DNA of 60,951 nt, filler included, from Nitrospirae bacterium CG2_30_53_67 (lineage in GTDB: Bacteria > CG2-30-53-67), in the NCBI GenBank assembly GCA_001873285.1. It is 7 parts of 7 records of this genome, joined end to end, with 100 filler letters (N's around TTAATTAATTAA, not from the genome) between each part and the next. Parts side by side here need not be neighbours in the genome. Positions count along the whole stretch, not along the records: positions 1 to 14,128 come from MNYV01000078.1; 6 more parts are not named here. The stretch is one strand, 5' to 3'. Within the stretch, counting starts at the first letter, position 1. Every line of letters starts with the position of its first letter. The translations under genes and the position numbers were made by a program. Positions 1-8,820 of this stretch are shown one piece after another. The notes below the pieces were generated by a model that worked only from the letters and a program-made list of their open reading frames with translations, had not been told where the DNA came from and did not search any database.

Positions 1-793
1 AGTCGCTTTTCAGAAGCCGGACAAAGGCTTTCCAAGCCTGGGTTTCGAGTTCCAGACGGTCCACGAGGAAGAGAACCCGTTTTGCGTTGCCGGTCCGCAT
101 GAAGAGTTTGATAACGGCGGCAGAGGTCAGGGTCTTGCCGGTGCCAGTCGCCATTTCGAACAGAAAACGTGTCTGACCCTTGCGAACGGCATCCTGGAGC
201 GCGGCGACAGCCCGCAGTTGATACGGGCGGAGGAACTTCAGTTCCGTTTCCTTGATGAAGGCATCACGTTGCCCGGCATCGCTCCAGCGGGGATCATTGT
301 GGTAATTGGGGTTCTGTGTGACCGCAACGTAATCGGCTTCGACCTTCTCGCTGACCAAGGTGTCGGGGTTCGGCTTGAAGGCGTGGAAATGGCCGAAGGA
401 TTCGGGCTTCGGAAACTCCGTGATCAGAACCGGGTTGCCTTGCTCCAAGTCCCAGAAGTAATGCAGGTTTCCGTTCGACAAGATGACGAACCGGACATTC
501 TGTGAGTGGGCGTATTTCCGGGCCTTCTCTTTGCCGATAAGGGGGTCGTACTTCTCGGACTTCGCCTCCAAGACGGCAAGGGGGAATCCTCCCTCGTCCA
601 GCAGGAGGTAATCGACAAAGCCGTTGGCGGTTTTCTCGAAGTCCTCCCCGAGTGCATCGAGGGCTTTTTTCTTGAGTTTTACGTTTGCTTCAAGCGCGAT
701 GTTGGCTGGGCCGGTTTCGTCGTCAAAAAACCGATAGTTCGACCTTCGCAGAAGGTCGTTGATCAGAATCCTTGCTTTGGCTTCCTTTTCCAT
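1..793 (-). CDS. hsdR: Type I restriction enzyme R subunit (HsdR), 5' part; runs off the window
   Basis: Manual translation from ATG 793: MEKEAKARILINDLL..., nuclease motif VDYLLL..AVLEAK, ILSNG, Q-motif LRPYQ, Walker A MATGTGKT, RVLFLVDRLEL. Not in the ORF track because no stop lies in the window. Confidence 0.9.
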   Translation of the reverse strand, partial: MEKEAKARILINDLLRRSNYRFFDDETGPANIALEANVKLKKKALDALGEDFEKTANGFVDYLLLDEGGFPLAVLEAKSEKYDPLIGKEKARKYAHSQNVRFVILSNGNLHYFWDLEQGNPVLITEFPKPESFGHFHAFKPNPDTLVSEKVEADYVAVTQNPNYHNDPRWSDAGQRDAFIKETELKFLRPYQLRAVAALQDAVRKGQTRFLFEMATGTGKTLTSAAVIKLFMRTGNAKRVLFLVDRLELETQAWKAFVRLLKSD

Positions 794-1170
794 ATCCAAT
801 CTGCCTATTTTCTACGGATAGGCTCTCCCAACGGTTAGTGTGCTAAGTGGCCGTGCCATCGCTCCGAGCGACGGGCCGAGTCAGATGCCGGATACGCGGA
901 ATCCGGGTCTATCCATCTCTTAAATTCAATGGAGAGGCTTTCAAGTGGTCTCTCTACTAACTGCCGGATGTGATCCGCGTCAATATCCACGCTGCTTCCT
1001 CAGCGCCCAAATTAATAGATAGAATAGAGGGACATTTGCTGTCCATGCAGTGAAATTCGTTGTTACAAATAAAACCCTTCTCACTCATCCTTCAATTCTT
1101 TGATGGTTTGTTCTCCCTTATAAATTCCGTTGCACCCTCAGCACTGTGATACTCATGTGTCGACCAATCT

Positions 1171-2088
1171 CTAAGACCTCGTTGTGTTAGGGAGAGCGGG
1201 CGCGTGAGGAGTATGAAGATCCCGCCAAAGCTCCATAGCTCCTGCTGTACGGAAGGTGACGTGCCTTCGAAGCGCCTTCTCCAAAGCAAAACTGTATGGA
1301 GCCTGAAGTGACAAAGCCATTTCTCTTGGACGGCCACTGAGGATTTCCTCCCGAGAAAATCTCAATTCACGGGAGAAAGCAAACTGTAAGAGAAGTTGGC
1401 CAATATGATAAAGATCAATGCGATAATCGATTGCTCCGAACTCAGCTGGATCAATTGCTTCTGGCGGAAGCATCCATTCCGCTCGAGTATTCGTTGCGTC
1501 CAGCTCACCAAACAACTTGGCCACCCCAAAATCACCAAGTTTAAATTGAATAGCACCTGGTTCAGTTGGCCGCATTTCGTCTTTAGCAAATGCAGCAAAC
1601 ACATTCCCGAGATGTATATCTTGATGTGCATGCTGATTCAGGTGGAGGTAGTGCACTGCCTGAAGAACGCATCGTGCAATCGGAATTAGCCAAGCAAGCC
1701 CATTAAAGGGATTGAGCGAGAATAACTGTGTCAAGGGACAATAGCAACGCTCGGTGACAATATAGAATGTGTCTCTAAACTCAAATGCATCATAAACGTA
1801 AGTGACGTGTGGATGCCGAAGCAATGCAAGCTTTCTTAGCTCTGCCTCTGCTGAAGAACGGACCTTCTCATAAGTACCGATAGGCTTTAGAACCTTGGCC
1901 GCGAGATCGTTTCCCCAGATGTCGAGGCAACTGTAAACGACACCAAAGAAACCTTCGCCGATTTTCTCGCCCATAGTGTAACTATTGCCCGTTGCGAGAC
2001 TCATGATTTGCTCGCCTGGGGTAGGCGGTATAACGTTCTTCACTGGAGGCAGGCTTGATTGATTTGATCCTAATGATTCGTCGGACAC
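1171..2088 (-). CDS. Stand-alone Hanks-type Ser/Thr protein kinase
   Basis: Gly-loop IGEGFFGVVY, LAAK, catalytic loop HQDIHLGN, DFG, PPE. More AT-rich than the core genes. Confidence 0.88.
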   Translation of the reverse strand: MSDESLGSNQSSLPPVKNVIPPTPGEQIMSLATGNSYTMGEKIGEGFFGVVYSCLDIWGNDLAAKVLKPIGTYEKVRSSAEAELRKLALLRHPHVTYVYDAFEFRDTFYIVTERCYCPLTQLFSLNPFNGLAWLIPIARCVLQAVHYLHLNQHAHQDIHLGNVFAAFAKDEMRPTEPGAIQFKLGDFGVAKLFGELDATNTRAEWMLPPEAIDPAEFGAIDYRIDLYHIGQLLLQFAFSRELRFSREEILSGRPREMALSLQAPYSFALEKALRRHVTFRTAGAMELWRDLHTPHAPALPNTTRS

Positions 2089-2221
2089 GTGACACCTTTT
2101 ATTGCTGCTTAACGTTTGCAGTTCACTGCATGGTCCATCGCGGATTCATGGGTCATCTTCATTTATCAATTACGGACCCGCAAGAGTACCCCGGTGTTCC
2201 TTTTTCAAACGTGTAACCGTG

Positions 2222-2501
2222 GGTCAAACCTTAAAAGTTCACTCAGCCTGGCCCCAAGTCCCAAACTCGTCCCCTATCAATCGGGGCCTGAAGCTTTGCC
2301 ATCCAGTTGCATCCTACCCTGGTCGATCAGACGTCATTTCCACGCGTCTGGGACGACCGTTTTGAGCATGTAGAATACACCTGAAAAGGTACGGGGGTCA
2401 AGGAGAAATCCGGACTCCTTCGGTAACATTTTCCAATGAGGCAACAAGACGGGAGAAAACCGGACTCAGACCGAGAAACACTTTGCGAGGGATAAATCTT
2501 A
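2222..2501. repeat. Long direct repeat, copy 1 (129-bp core 2283-2411 plus 32-bp motif 2470-2501)
   Basis: Core aligns without gaps to 3611-3739. The 32-bp motif matches 3839-3870 at 27/32. Confidence 0.9.
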
Positions 2502-2681
2502 TGTGCTGAATAGGTTGGATGACGGCCGGTCACCCTACGGGCATGGTGCAAAGCTCAGGGCACGGCAACGGCCGTTCGCCGGGAAAGCGAGGGAGTGAGG
2601 GTCAGGATCGGGGAGCGAGCGGGGGAGTGAGATGCAGTGTACTGAAATCAATGCCCATGAGTCTGCCGATTTCCGCTCCCG

Positions 2682-3011
2682 TTACGCCGGCTCAAGGACC
2701 ACCTCGCCCTTCTCGTAGAACATGACGCCCACGCGCCGAATATGGTCGATCACGTCGGGGTCGCCGATGTTGTTGAAAATGGACAGGTCGATGGTGTACG
2801 GTAGGAGCAGCTCGTCGAGGTCGTCGAGGATCTTGTAGATCACCTTCAGCGTCAAATCCGAGCCGCCGCGCAGGGTTAGGTCAATGTCGGAACCGTTTTT
2901 GTAGTTGCCTTTGGCGCGTGAACCGTACAGAATCGCCCTTTCCACCTGAGGGCAGTGACTAAGGACGGCGCGGATTTTTTGGACGGTGGATTGCGGGAGG
3001 CCATATTTCAT
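2682..3011 (-). CDS. Minimal nucleotidyltransferase (MNT, HI0073-like) antitoxin
   Basis: LYGSRAKG..GSDIDL motif; overlaps the HEPN partner gene. Confidence 0.9.
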   Translation of the reverse strand: MKYGLPQSTVQKIRAVLSHCPQVERAILYGSRAKGNYKNGSDIDLTLRGGSDLTLKVIYKILDDLDELLLPYTIDLSIFNNIGDPDVIDHIRRVGVMFYEKGEVVLEPA

Positions 3012-3436
3012 GCCCCTTCCTCCTCCTTCTTCAATGCCTTCAATTTGATTTGGAGCGCATCGAATTCCGCAAAGTAGGCGCTGTGAATGGCGGTAACGAT
3101 CTGGGCGGCTGTGGCTTCATCATAGGTGTGCGAGGTTAAATTCCGGCTCTTGATCATTTCCATCCATGTCTCGCCGTTCTCGATCAGCCCTGTCTTGAAG
3201 GCCTCGCGGGTTGTGTCCTTTGAGCCGTATAGATCTTGGACACCACGATTTTCCAGAAAATCCCTCAGCGTGTTCCAGGCCAGTTCATGGGTAAATTCGA
3301 ATGCTTGAATCAGTCCCTGCCCTTCGAGCTTGGAGAGGTGGCGCTGTTGTGCCAGCGCCACGGCTTCCTCCAATTGCGAAAGGGCTTTGATAAAGTGATT
3401 GAAACGTTGAATCCAGCGGACGTCCTCCGTTCTCAT
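3008..3436 (-). CDS. HEPN / nucleotidyltransferase substrate-binding protein (HI0074 family)
   Basis: GLIQAFEFTHELAW and RNLTSHTY (Rx4H) motifs; start taken at MRTEDVRW. Confidence 0.9.
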   Translation of the reverse strand: MRTEDVRWIQRFNHFIKALSQLEEAVALAQQRHLSKLEGQGLIQAFEFTHELAWNTLRDFLENRGVQDLYGSKDTTREAFKTGLIENGETWMEMIKSRNLTSHTYDEATAAQIVTAIHSAYFAEFDALQIKLKALKKEEEGA

Positions 3437-3553
3437 AGGGGTTCTCCACAAAACTTCTTGTTCAATGCCTTGTCTTCGCTGCTAACCTTGAATTGCGCAT
3501 CCTCTATCTCGGAGTGATTCACATACAACAGGTTATTGGCCGTCACGGCCGCA

Positions 3554-3870
3554 GGTCAAATCTTCAAAGTTCAACCTGCACCCAAGTCCCGATCTCTTCC
3601 CGCATAAACTGGGGCCTGAAGCTTTGCCCTCCAGTTGCATCCTACCCTGGTCGATCAGGCGCCATTTCCCATCGTCTGGGACGACCGTTTTGAGCGCGTA
3701 GGATACACCTGAAAAGGTACAGGGGTCAAGGAGAAATCCTGGTGTGGTTGAATGGGTGGCCGGACAGCCTCTTCTTCATTTTCAATATATTATTGCAGAG
3801 CTGCGATTCGTTTCAGCACATGAAACGATTTATATCATACCGAGAAACATCTTGCGTGGGAGAAAACTTA
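3554..3870. repeat. Long direct repeat, copy 2 (core 3611-3739 plus motif 3839-3870)
   Basis: Homologous to 2222-2501. Its last three bases are the stop codon of the ABC ATPase gene. Confidence 0.9.
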
Positions 3871-4566
3871 ACTTGTAGCATGATCGGTCAGTATCCCCTT
3901 TTCAAGATGGCGTATGATCCTGGCCTTTTCCGCGGCACGGGGGTCATGGGTGACCAGGATGATGGTCTTTCCGAATTCGCTGTTGAGCCGGGCCATGAGG
4001 TTGAGGATCTCCTCGGCGGAGACGCGGTCGAGGTCGCCTGTGGGTTCATCCGCCACCAGAATGGCCGGATCGGTGATCACGGCGCGGGCGATGGCCACCC
4101 GCTGCTGCTGGCCGCCTGAGAGTTGCGAGGGATAATGATCCATCCGGTCGGTCAGGCTCACCAGCCGCATGGCCAGTTCCACGTGATCGAGCCTTTGTTT
4201 TTTCGAAAGCCCGGTCAGAAGCAGGGGAAGCTCAACATTCTCGCAGGCCGTCAGCACCGGTATGAGGTTATAGAACTGGAAGATAAAGCCGACATTCACG
4301 GCCCGCCAGCGGGCAAGTTCGGTCTCTGAAAGAGAGGTGATATCCACCCCGCCGACCCTGATGGTCCCGCTGTCCGCCTGGTCTATGCCGGCAATCAGAT
4401 TCAGGAGGGTGCTCTTCCCTGAACCTGACGGCCCCATGAGGGCCAGAAATTCTCCCTCACGGATATGGAGGGTGATATGCTCCAGCACCGGCACGATCTG
4501 ACTGCCTCTGCGGTATGACTTGCCAAGATCAACGATTTCAACAATGGACTGATGATCGGTCTTCAT
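3868..4566 (-). CDS. ABC transporter ATP-binding protein (MacB/LolD-like)
   Basis: GPSGSGKS, LSGGQQQR, VADEPTG, VTHD. Confidence 0.93.
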   Translation of the reverse strand: MKTDHQSIVEIVDLGKSYRRGSQIVPVLEHITLHIREGEFLALMGPSGSGKSTLLNLIAGIDQADSGTIRVGGVDITSLSETELARWRAVNVGFIFQFYNLIPVLTACENVELPLLLTGLSKKQRLDHVELAMRLVSLTDRMDHYPSQLSGGQQQRVAIARAVITDPAILVADEPTGDLDRVSAEEILNLMARLNSEFGKTIILVTHDPRAAEKARIIRHLEKGILTDHATS

Positions 4567-5784
4567 CTAAGGTTCAACAACCTTTATCCTCTCCCCGTCC
4601 CTGATCTTGTTCAGAGGTTTCAATATTACCTTGTCACCCGGCTTGACACCGCTTGTCACCTCGACCATGTCGCCGATCCGGACGCCCAGGGTGACGGGCG
4701 TCTCCACGGCCCTGCCCGACTCCATGAGAAAAACCACTTGTCTCCCGTCTCGTTTGAGCACGGCGTCGGGATGGACGGCCGTACGAGGTTCCTGCTCCCC
4801 GGGCCCGACCGGCCTTTGAAGGAAGGCGACCTTCGCGCTCATCTCCGGAAGGATGCGGCTCTCCTGATCCACAAAGCCGACCTTGACCATGACCGTGGCC
4901 TTGGACCGGTCAGCGGTCGGAACGATCATGTGGACCACGCCTCGGAATCTGGACTCGGGAAGCGCGTCCAGTTGTATCTCGCACGGCTGCCCCCGTTTGA
5001 CCTGTTCGAGATTGGATTCAGAGACATCAACCTCCACCAGCAAAGAATCCATGTCCGCGATGGTCACCACCGAAGCCTTGGCATTGGCCGCGGCGCCCAG
5101 CGGTGTGACGATGTCGCCGACGTCTGCATTTTTGGTCAGGACCACGCCGTCGAAAGGGACACGGATCCTGGTATATTCAAGCGACACCCCGGCGTTTTTC
5201 AGCGCCGCGGCCGCGGCCTTGACCCCCTGTTCCGCTCCTGAAACAGCGGCGGCGGCCTTCTTGTAGCGGGCCTCCTGGAGATCGTATTCGGTCTTGGACA
5301 GAAACCCCTGATTCAGCAGATCCCTGCTCCGCTGGAAGGAAAGAGAGGCCTCATGCCGTTCAGCTTCCGCCTGCGCGAGATCAGAGCGTGAGATCCTCAG
5401 GTTGGCTTCCGCCTCCTCCTTCACCGCTTCGGCCTCTTCACTTTCAAGGTTGGCGATGACTTCCCCTTTTTTCACCCGGCTCCCCTCTTCAACCGTCAGG
5501 GAGACGAGACGCCCGGTGATCTTGGACGCCAGTGCGGCCTTTCTCTGGGCCACCACGTATCCGCTTGCATTCAGCAGGGTGAAGGTCTGTGACGGGTAGA
5601 TCCTGGAGACGTTCATGACTTCCACTTTGACTTCCGGTGAGAGGATCCCCTTCGCGTAAAGAACAGCCGCCGCGAGGATCAACAGGGCGGCCCCGGCCCA
5701 CAGGAACACCCGCTGTCGTCTCTTGGGGCGGAACACGGCTTCTGACTTGTCGATCTTCAATCCGGAAAGATCTTCATGGGACAT
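4567..5784 (-). CDS. Efflux periplasmic adaptor (MacA/HlyD family)
   Basis: N-terminal TM segment, lipoyl half-motifs (VEEGSRVKKG, PFDGVV), alpha-hairpin. Confidence 0.9.
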   Translation of the reverse strand: MSHEDLSGLKIDKSEAVFRPKRRQRVFLWAGAALLILAAAVLYAKGILSPEVKVEVMNVSRIYPSQTFTLLNASGYVVAQRKAALASKITGRLVSLTVEEGSRVKKGEVIANLESEEAEAVKEEAEANLRISRSDLAQAEAERHEASLSFQRSRDLLNQGFLSKTEYDLQEARYKKAAAAVSGAEQGVKAAAAALKNAGVSLEYTRIRVPFDGVVLTKNADVGDIVTPLGAAANAKASVVTIADMDSLLVEVDVSESNLEQVKRGQPCEIQLDALPESRFRGVVHMIVPTADRSKATVMVKVGFVDQESRILPEMSAKVAFLQRPVGPGEQEPRTAVHPDAVLKRDGRQVVFLMESGRAVETPVTLGVRIGDMVEVTSGVKPGDKVILKPLNKIRDGERIKVVEP

Positions 5785-5817
5785 CCGGCCAAACTCCTCA
5801 GTGCATTTTTTTTAAAT

Positions 5818-7401
5818 TTAGGATTTCCTCAAGACAATATGCCTTGGCCCTGTCTCGGATTTATGAGGGCAATCGGTTCGGTAATGGGCCCCCACACTCT
5901 CTTTTCTCATCAAGGCCGCCTGGGTGATCAGGGTTGCAACCGTGATCATATTCTGCAGCTCCAGTCCCTTGCGGTGGCGGTAGATCCGTTCCATGAAAGG
6001 CTTCCATTCCTGAAGCATGGCCATGGCTTCGGATAAGGATTTCCCGCATCGGATGATTCCAACCCTATCCCACAAAAGTTTTCTGAGGATCCCGCGAACT
6101 TCATCAACCTCGGCGATCTGATCTTCTCCGGCCACAGGTTTCTCCAGAAAAGGATTCAGGACCCGCTCGGGCAGCTTCTTTATCTTCCGGGAATAATGAG
6201 CCGCGGCGGATCCGGCCCGTGCGCCGAAGACCACCCCTTCGAGCAGGGAATTGCTCGCCAGACGGTTGGCGCCATGAACGCCGGTGCAGGCCGCCTCTCC
6301 TGCGGCGTAAAGGCCGGGAATATTGGTTGCGCCGTTAAGGTCGGTCCGGATGCCGCCCATCATGTAGTGGGCCGCCGGGCTTACCGGAATCCGGTGGCGT
6401 GTGACATCAATTCCGTAGGAAAGACAGGTGGAACAGATCCGGGGGAACCGCTTCCGGATAAAGTCCGGGTTGAGATGGGTGAGATCCAGGTAGACATGCA
6501 GGCTGTGCGTCTCCACCATCTCCGAGACAATGGCCCGGCTCACAATGTCCCTTGGGGCCAGATCCTTCTCAGGATGATATTTGTGGGTGAATTCCTGCCC
6601 ATAGATGTTGAGCAGACGGGCGCCCTCTCCGCGCATGGCCTCGGAAAGGAGAAAGAAAGGCGCTCCGGGAAGATAAAGGGTGGTCGGGTGGAACTGGACA
6701 AACTCCATGTCCACAAGATCGGCCCCTGCGCGGTAGGCCATGGCCATTCCGTCCCCGGTCGAGACCGGCGGGTTGGAGGTCTGTTGGTAGAGGAAACCGG
6801 AACCGCCCGTGGCAAGGATCGTGGCCTTAGCGGTGACAGCGGAGATCTTCTTTCCTTCTTCATCGAGGAGATAGACGCCAAGGCAGACGCCGTCCTGAAT
6901 GATCAGATCAATGGTATAGTGGAAGTCAAGCTTTTGGACATCCTTCAGGGTCCTGACATAAAAAAGGAGCGACCGTTCGACTTCCTTGCCGGTGGAATCC
7001 CCCTGTGCATGGACGATCCTCCTCTTGCTGTGGGCCGCCTCCTGCGTAAAGGCGAGTTTCGTCCCCTCCCGGTCGAACTCGGTCCCCCAGGAGATCAGCT
7101 CCAGGATCCTTTCAGGCCCCTCCTCCACCAGAACCCGGACCGCCTCTTCATCGCAGAGACCGGCCCCGGCCCGGATGGTATCATCGAAATGAAAAGTGAT
7201 CTCATCCTCGTCGCTCAGCACCACGGCGATCCCGCCCTGGGCGAATCCCGTACTCCCCGCCGTGGCCTCGTCCTTGGTCAGGACCAGGACCTTCCCGTGT
7301 CTGCTGAGCTCGATGGCGGCCCGCAGGCCGGCCACGCCGCTCCCGATCACAAGAAAGTCCGTGGACTTGACCGGAAGATATTGAGAGGAGATTATAACCA
7401 T
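5818..7401 (-). CDS. nadB: L-aspartate oxidase
   Basis: GSGVAGL, AQGGIA, QFHPT, GVHGANRLASNSLLEG. Confidence 0.95.
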   Translation of the reverse strand: MVIISSQYLPVKSTDFLVIGSGVAGLRAAIELSRHGKVLVLTKDEATAGSTGFAQGGIAVVLSDEDEITFHFDDTIRAGAGLCDEEAVRVLVEEGPERILELISWGTEFDREGTKLAFTQEAAHSKRRIVHAQGDSTGKEVERSLLFYVRTLKDVQKLDFHYTIDLIIQDGVCLGVYLLDEEGKKISAVTAKATILATGGSGFLYQQTSNPPVSTGDGMAMAYRAGADLVDMEFVQFHPTTLYLPGAPFFLLSEAMRGEGARLLNIYGQEFTHKYHPEKDLAPRDIVSRAIVSEMVETHSLHVYLDLTHLNPDFIRKRFPRICSTCLSYGIDVTRHRIPVSPAAHYMMGGIRTDLNGATNIPGLYAAGEAACTGVHGANRLASNSLLEGVVFGARAGSAAAHYSRKIKKLPERVLNPFLEKPVAGEDQIAEVDEVRGILRKLLWDRVGIIRCGKSLSEAMAMLQEWKPFMERIYRHRKGLELQNMITVATLITQAALMRKESVGAHYRTDCPHKSETGPRHIVLRKS

Positions 7402-7452
7402 TTTGATTTTACTCCGTTATTTTGATTTTTGATTCTTTATCTTTTATTTTAA

Positions 7453-7739
7453 GGTTCTTCTCCCATTTAGTGGGTCAAAATGTGCGTGAATAAGGGATCG
7501 AGGATTCCAGGACCCAAGCAAAATGCACGGAACAGAGAAGCTTCCATTGGTGCCGTAACACCGTATTTCGTCATTGTCCGGCTTGACCGGACAATCCAGA
7601 TTCTTTACCTGGATTCCCCGATCAAGTCGGGGAATGACATACCCTGTTCTTTCTGGCCGTTTCAGAGAAAGTGCCCGGGGAAGAAGCGGTTTCCCTGGAA
7701 TCATAAAACCCTTCCAACCCACTAAATGGGAGATGAACC
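7453..7739. mobile_element. 287-bp MITE with ISL3-like ends and a nested RPE-like palindrome
   Basis: TIRs GGTTCTTCTCCCATTTAGTGGGT / ACCCACTAAATGGGAGATGAACC. Perfect 8-bp TSD TATTTTAA (7445-7452, 7740-7747). Internal GTCATTGTCCGGCTTGACCGG...CCCCGATCAAGTCGGGGAATGAC palindrome at about 7570-7638. Confidence 0.85.
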
Positions 7740-7763
7740 TATTTTAAAAGGGTCCGTCCCTTT

Positions 7764-8795
7764 TTACGCCCTTTGGTCAGGCATGTTTTTTCCGGATGCC
7801 TCAACAAAGGGGACCAGGTCCTCCATGAGCTTCTTAAACCGATCGGGCTTCAGCGACTGGGGGCCGTCGGAAAGCGCCTCCTCGGGATTGGGGTGCACCT
7901 CAATCATCAGGCCGTCGGCCCCCGCGGCCACGGCCGCCCGGGCCATGGCCGGGACATACTGCCAGTTCCCCACGGCATGGCTCGGATCGATCACAATCGG
8001 AAGATGGCTCATTCTCTTCAGCACCGGGATGCAGCTCAAGTCCAGGGTGTTCCTCGTCGCGGTTTCAAAGGTACGGATCCCCCTCTCACAGAGGATCACA
8101 TCCTCATTCCCTTCGGAGAGGATATATTCGGCGGACATGAGAAGCTCCTGCAACGTGGTGGCCATGCCCCGCTTCAGCAGGACCGGCTTCTGAGTCTGTC
8201 CGACTTCTTTGAGCAAGGCGAAGTTCTGCACGTTTCTGGCCCCGATCTGGATAATATCGGTATACTTGACAATCAGATCCAGGTCCCGGGGATTCATCAC
8301 CTCGGTAATGATCGGAAGCCCCGTGGCCTCTCTTGCGGCGGCCAGGAGCTTGAGCCCTTCCTCTCCCATCCCCTGGAATGCGTACGGCGATGTCCTGGGT
8401 TTGAACGCGCCTCCACGGAAGACATTGGCCCCGGCCTCCTTCACAGCCCTGGCAGAGGCCAGGATCTGCTCCTCGCTCTCTACCGAACAGGGCCCGGCAA
8501 TCACCATCAGATCCTGCCCGCCGATACTGGCGCCTTTGACCTCGATCACCGTCCGTTCCTTGCGAACCTCCAGGCTGGCCAGCTTATACGGCTTCAGGAT
8601 CGGCACCACGGATTCCACGCCGGCCATGCTTTCGATGACCTGAAGCCTGGCCTTGCCTCGTTCATCGCCGATCGCCCCGATCACGTTTCGTTCCACGCCG
8701 TGCATCACGTGGGGCCGGTATCCCAGATCTTCGATTTTCTTGATGACATGTTCGAGTTGTTCAGCCGTGGCATCGGCCTGCATGACAATAATCAT
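7764..8795 (-). CDS. aroF: DAHP synthase class I-beta with N-terminal regulatory domain
   Basis: [35 protein letters not shown]. Confidence 0.95.
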   Translation of the reverse strand: MIIVMQADATAEQLEHVIKKIEDLGYRPHVMHGVERNVIGAIGDERGKARLQVIESMAGVESVVPILKPYKLASLEVRKERTVIEVKGASIGGQDLMVIAGPCSVESEEQILASARAVKEAGANVFRGGAFKPRTSPYAFQGMGEEGLKLLAAAREATGLPIITEVMNPRDLDLIVKYTDIIQIGARNVQNFALLKEVGQTQKPVLLKRGMATTLQELLMSAEYILSEGNEDVILCERGIRTFETATRNTLDLSCIPVLKRMSHLPIVIDPSHAVGNWQYVPAMARAAVAAGADGLMIEVHPNPEEALSDGPQSLKPDRFKKLMEDLVPFVEASGKNMPDQRA

Positions 8796-8820
8796 AAAAA
8801 CCTCCCGTTCTTAAAATCTA

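Noticed and set aside
218..838. Plus-strand ORFs 218-505 and 506-838
   Set aside because: Antisense shadows of hsdR, which is the real gene on the minus strand.
2222..3739. Repeat pair as DGR template/variable repeats or retron ncRNA
   Set aside because: The differences are not confined to adenines, neither copy lies in a target gene, and no reverse transcriptase is present.
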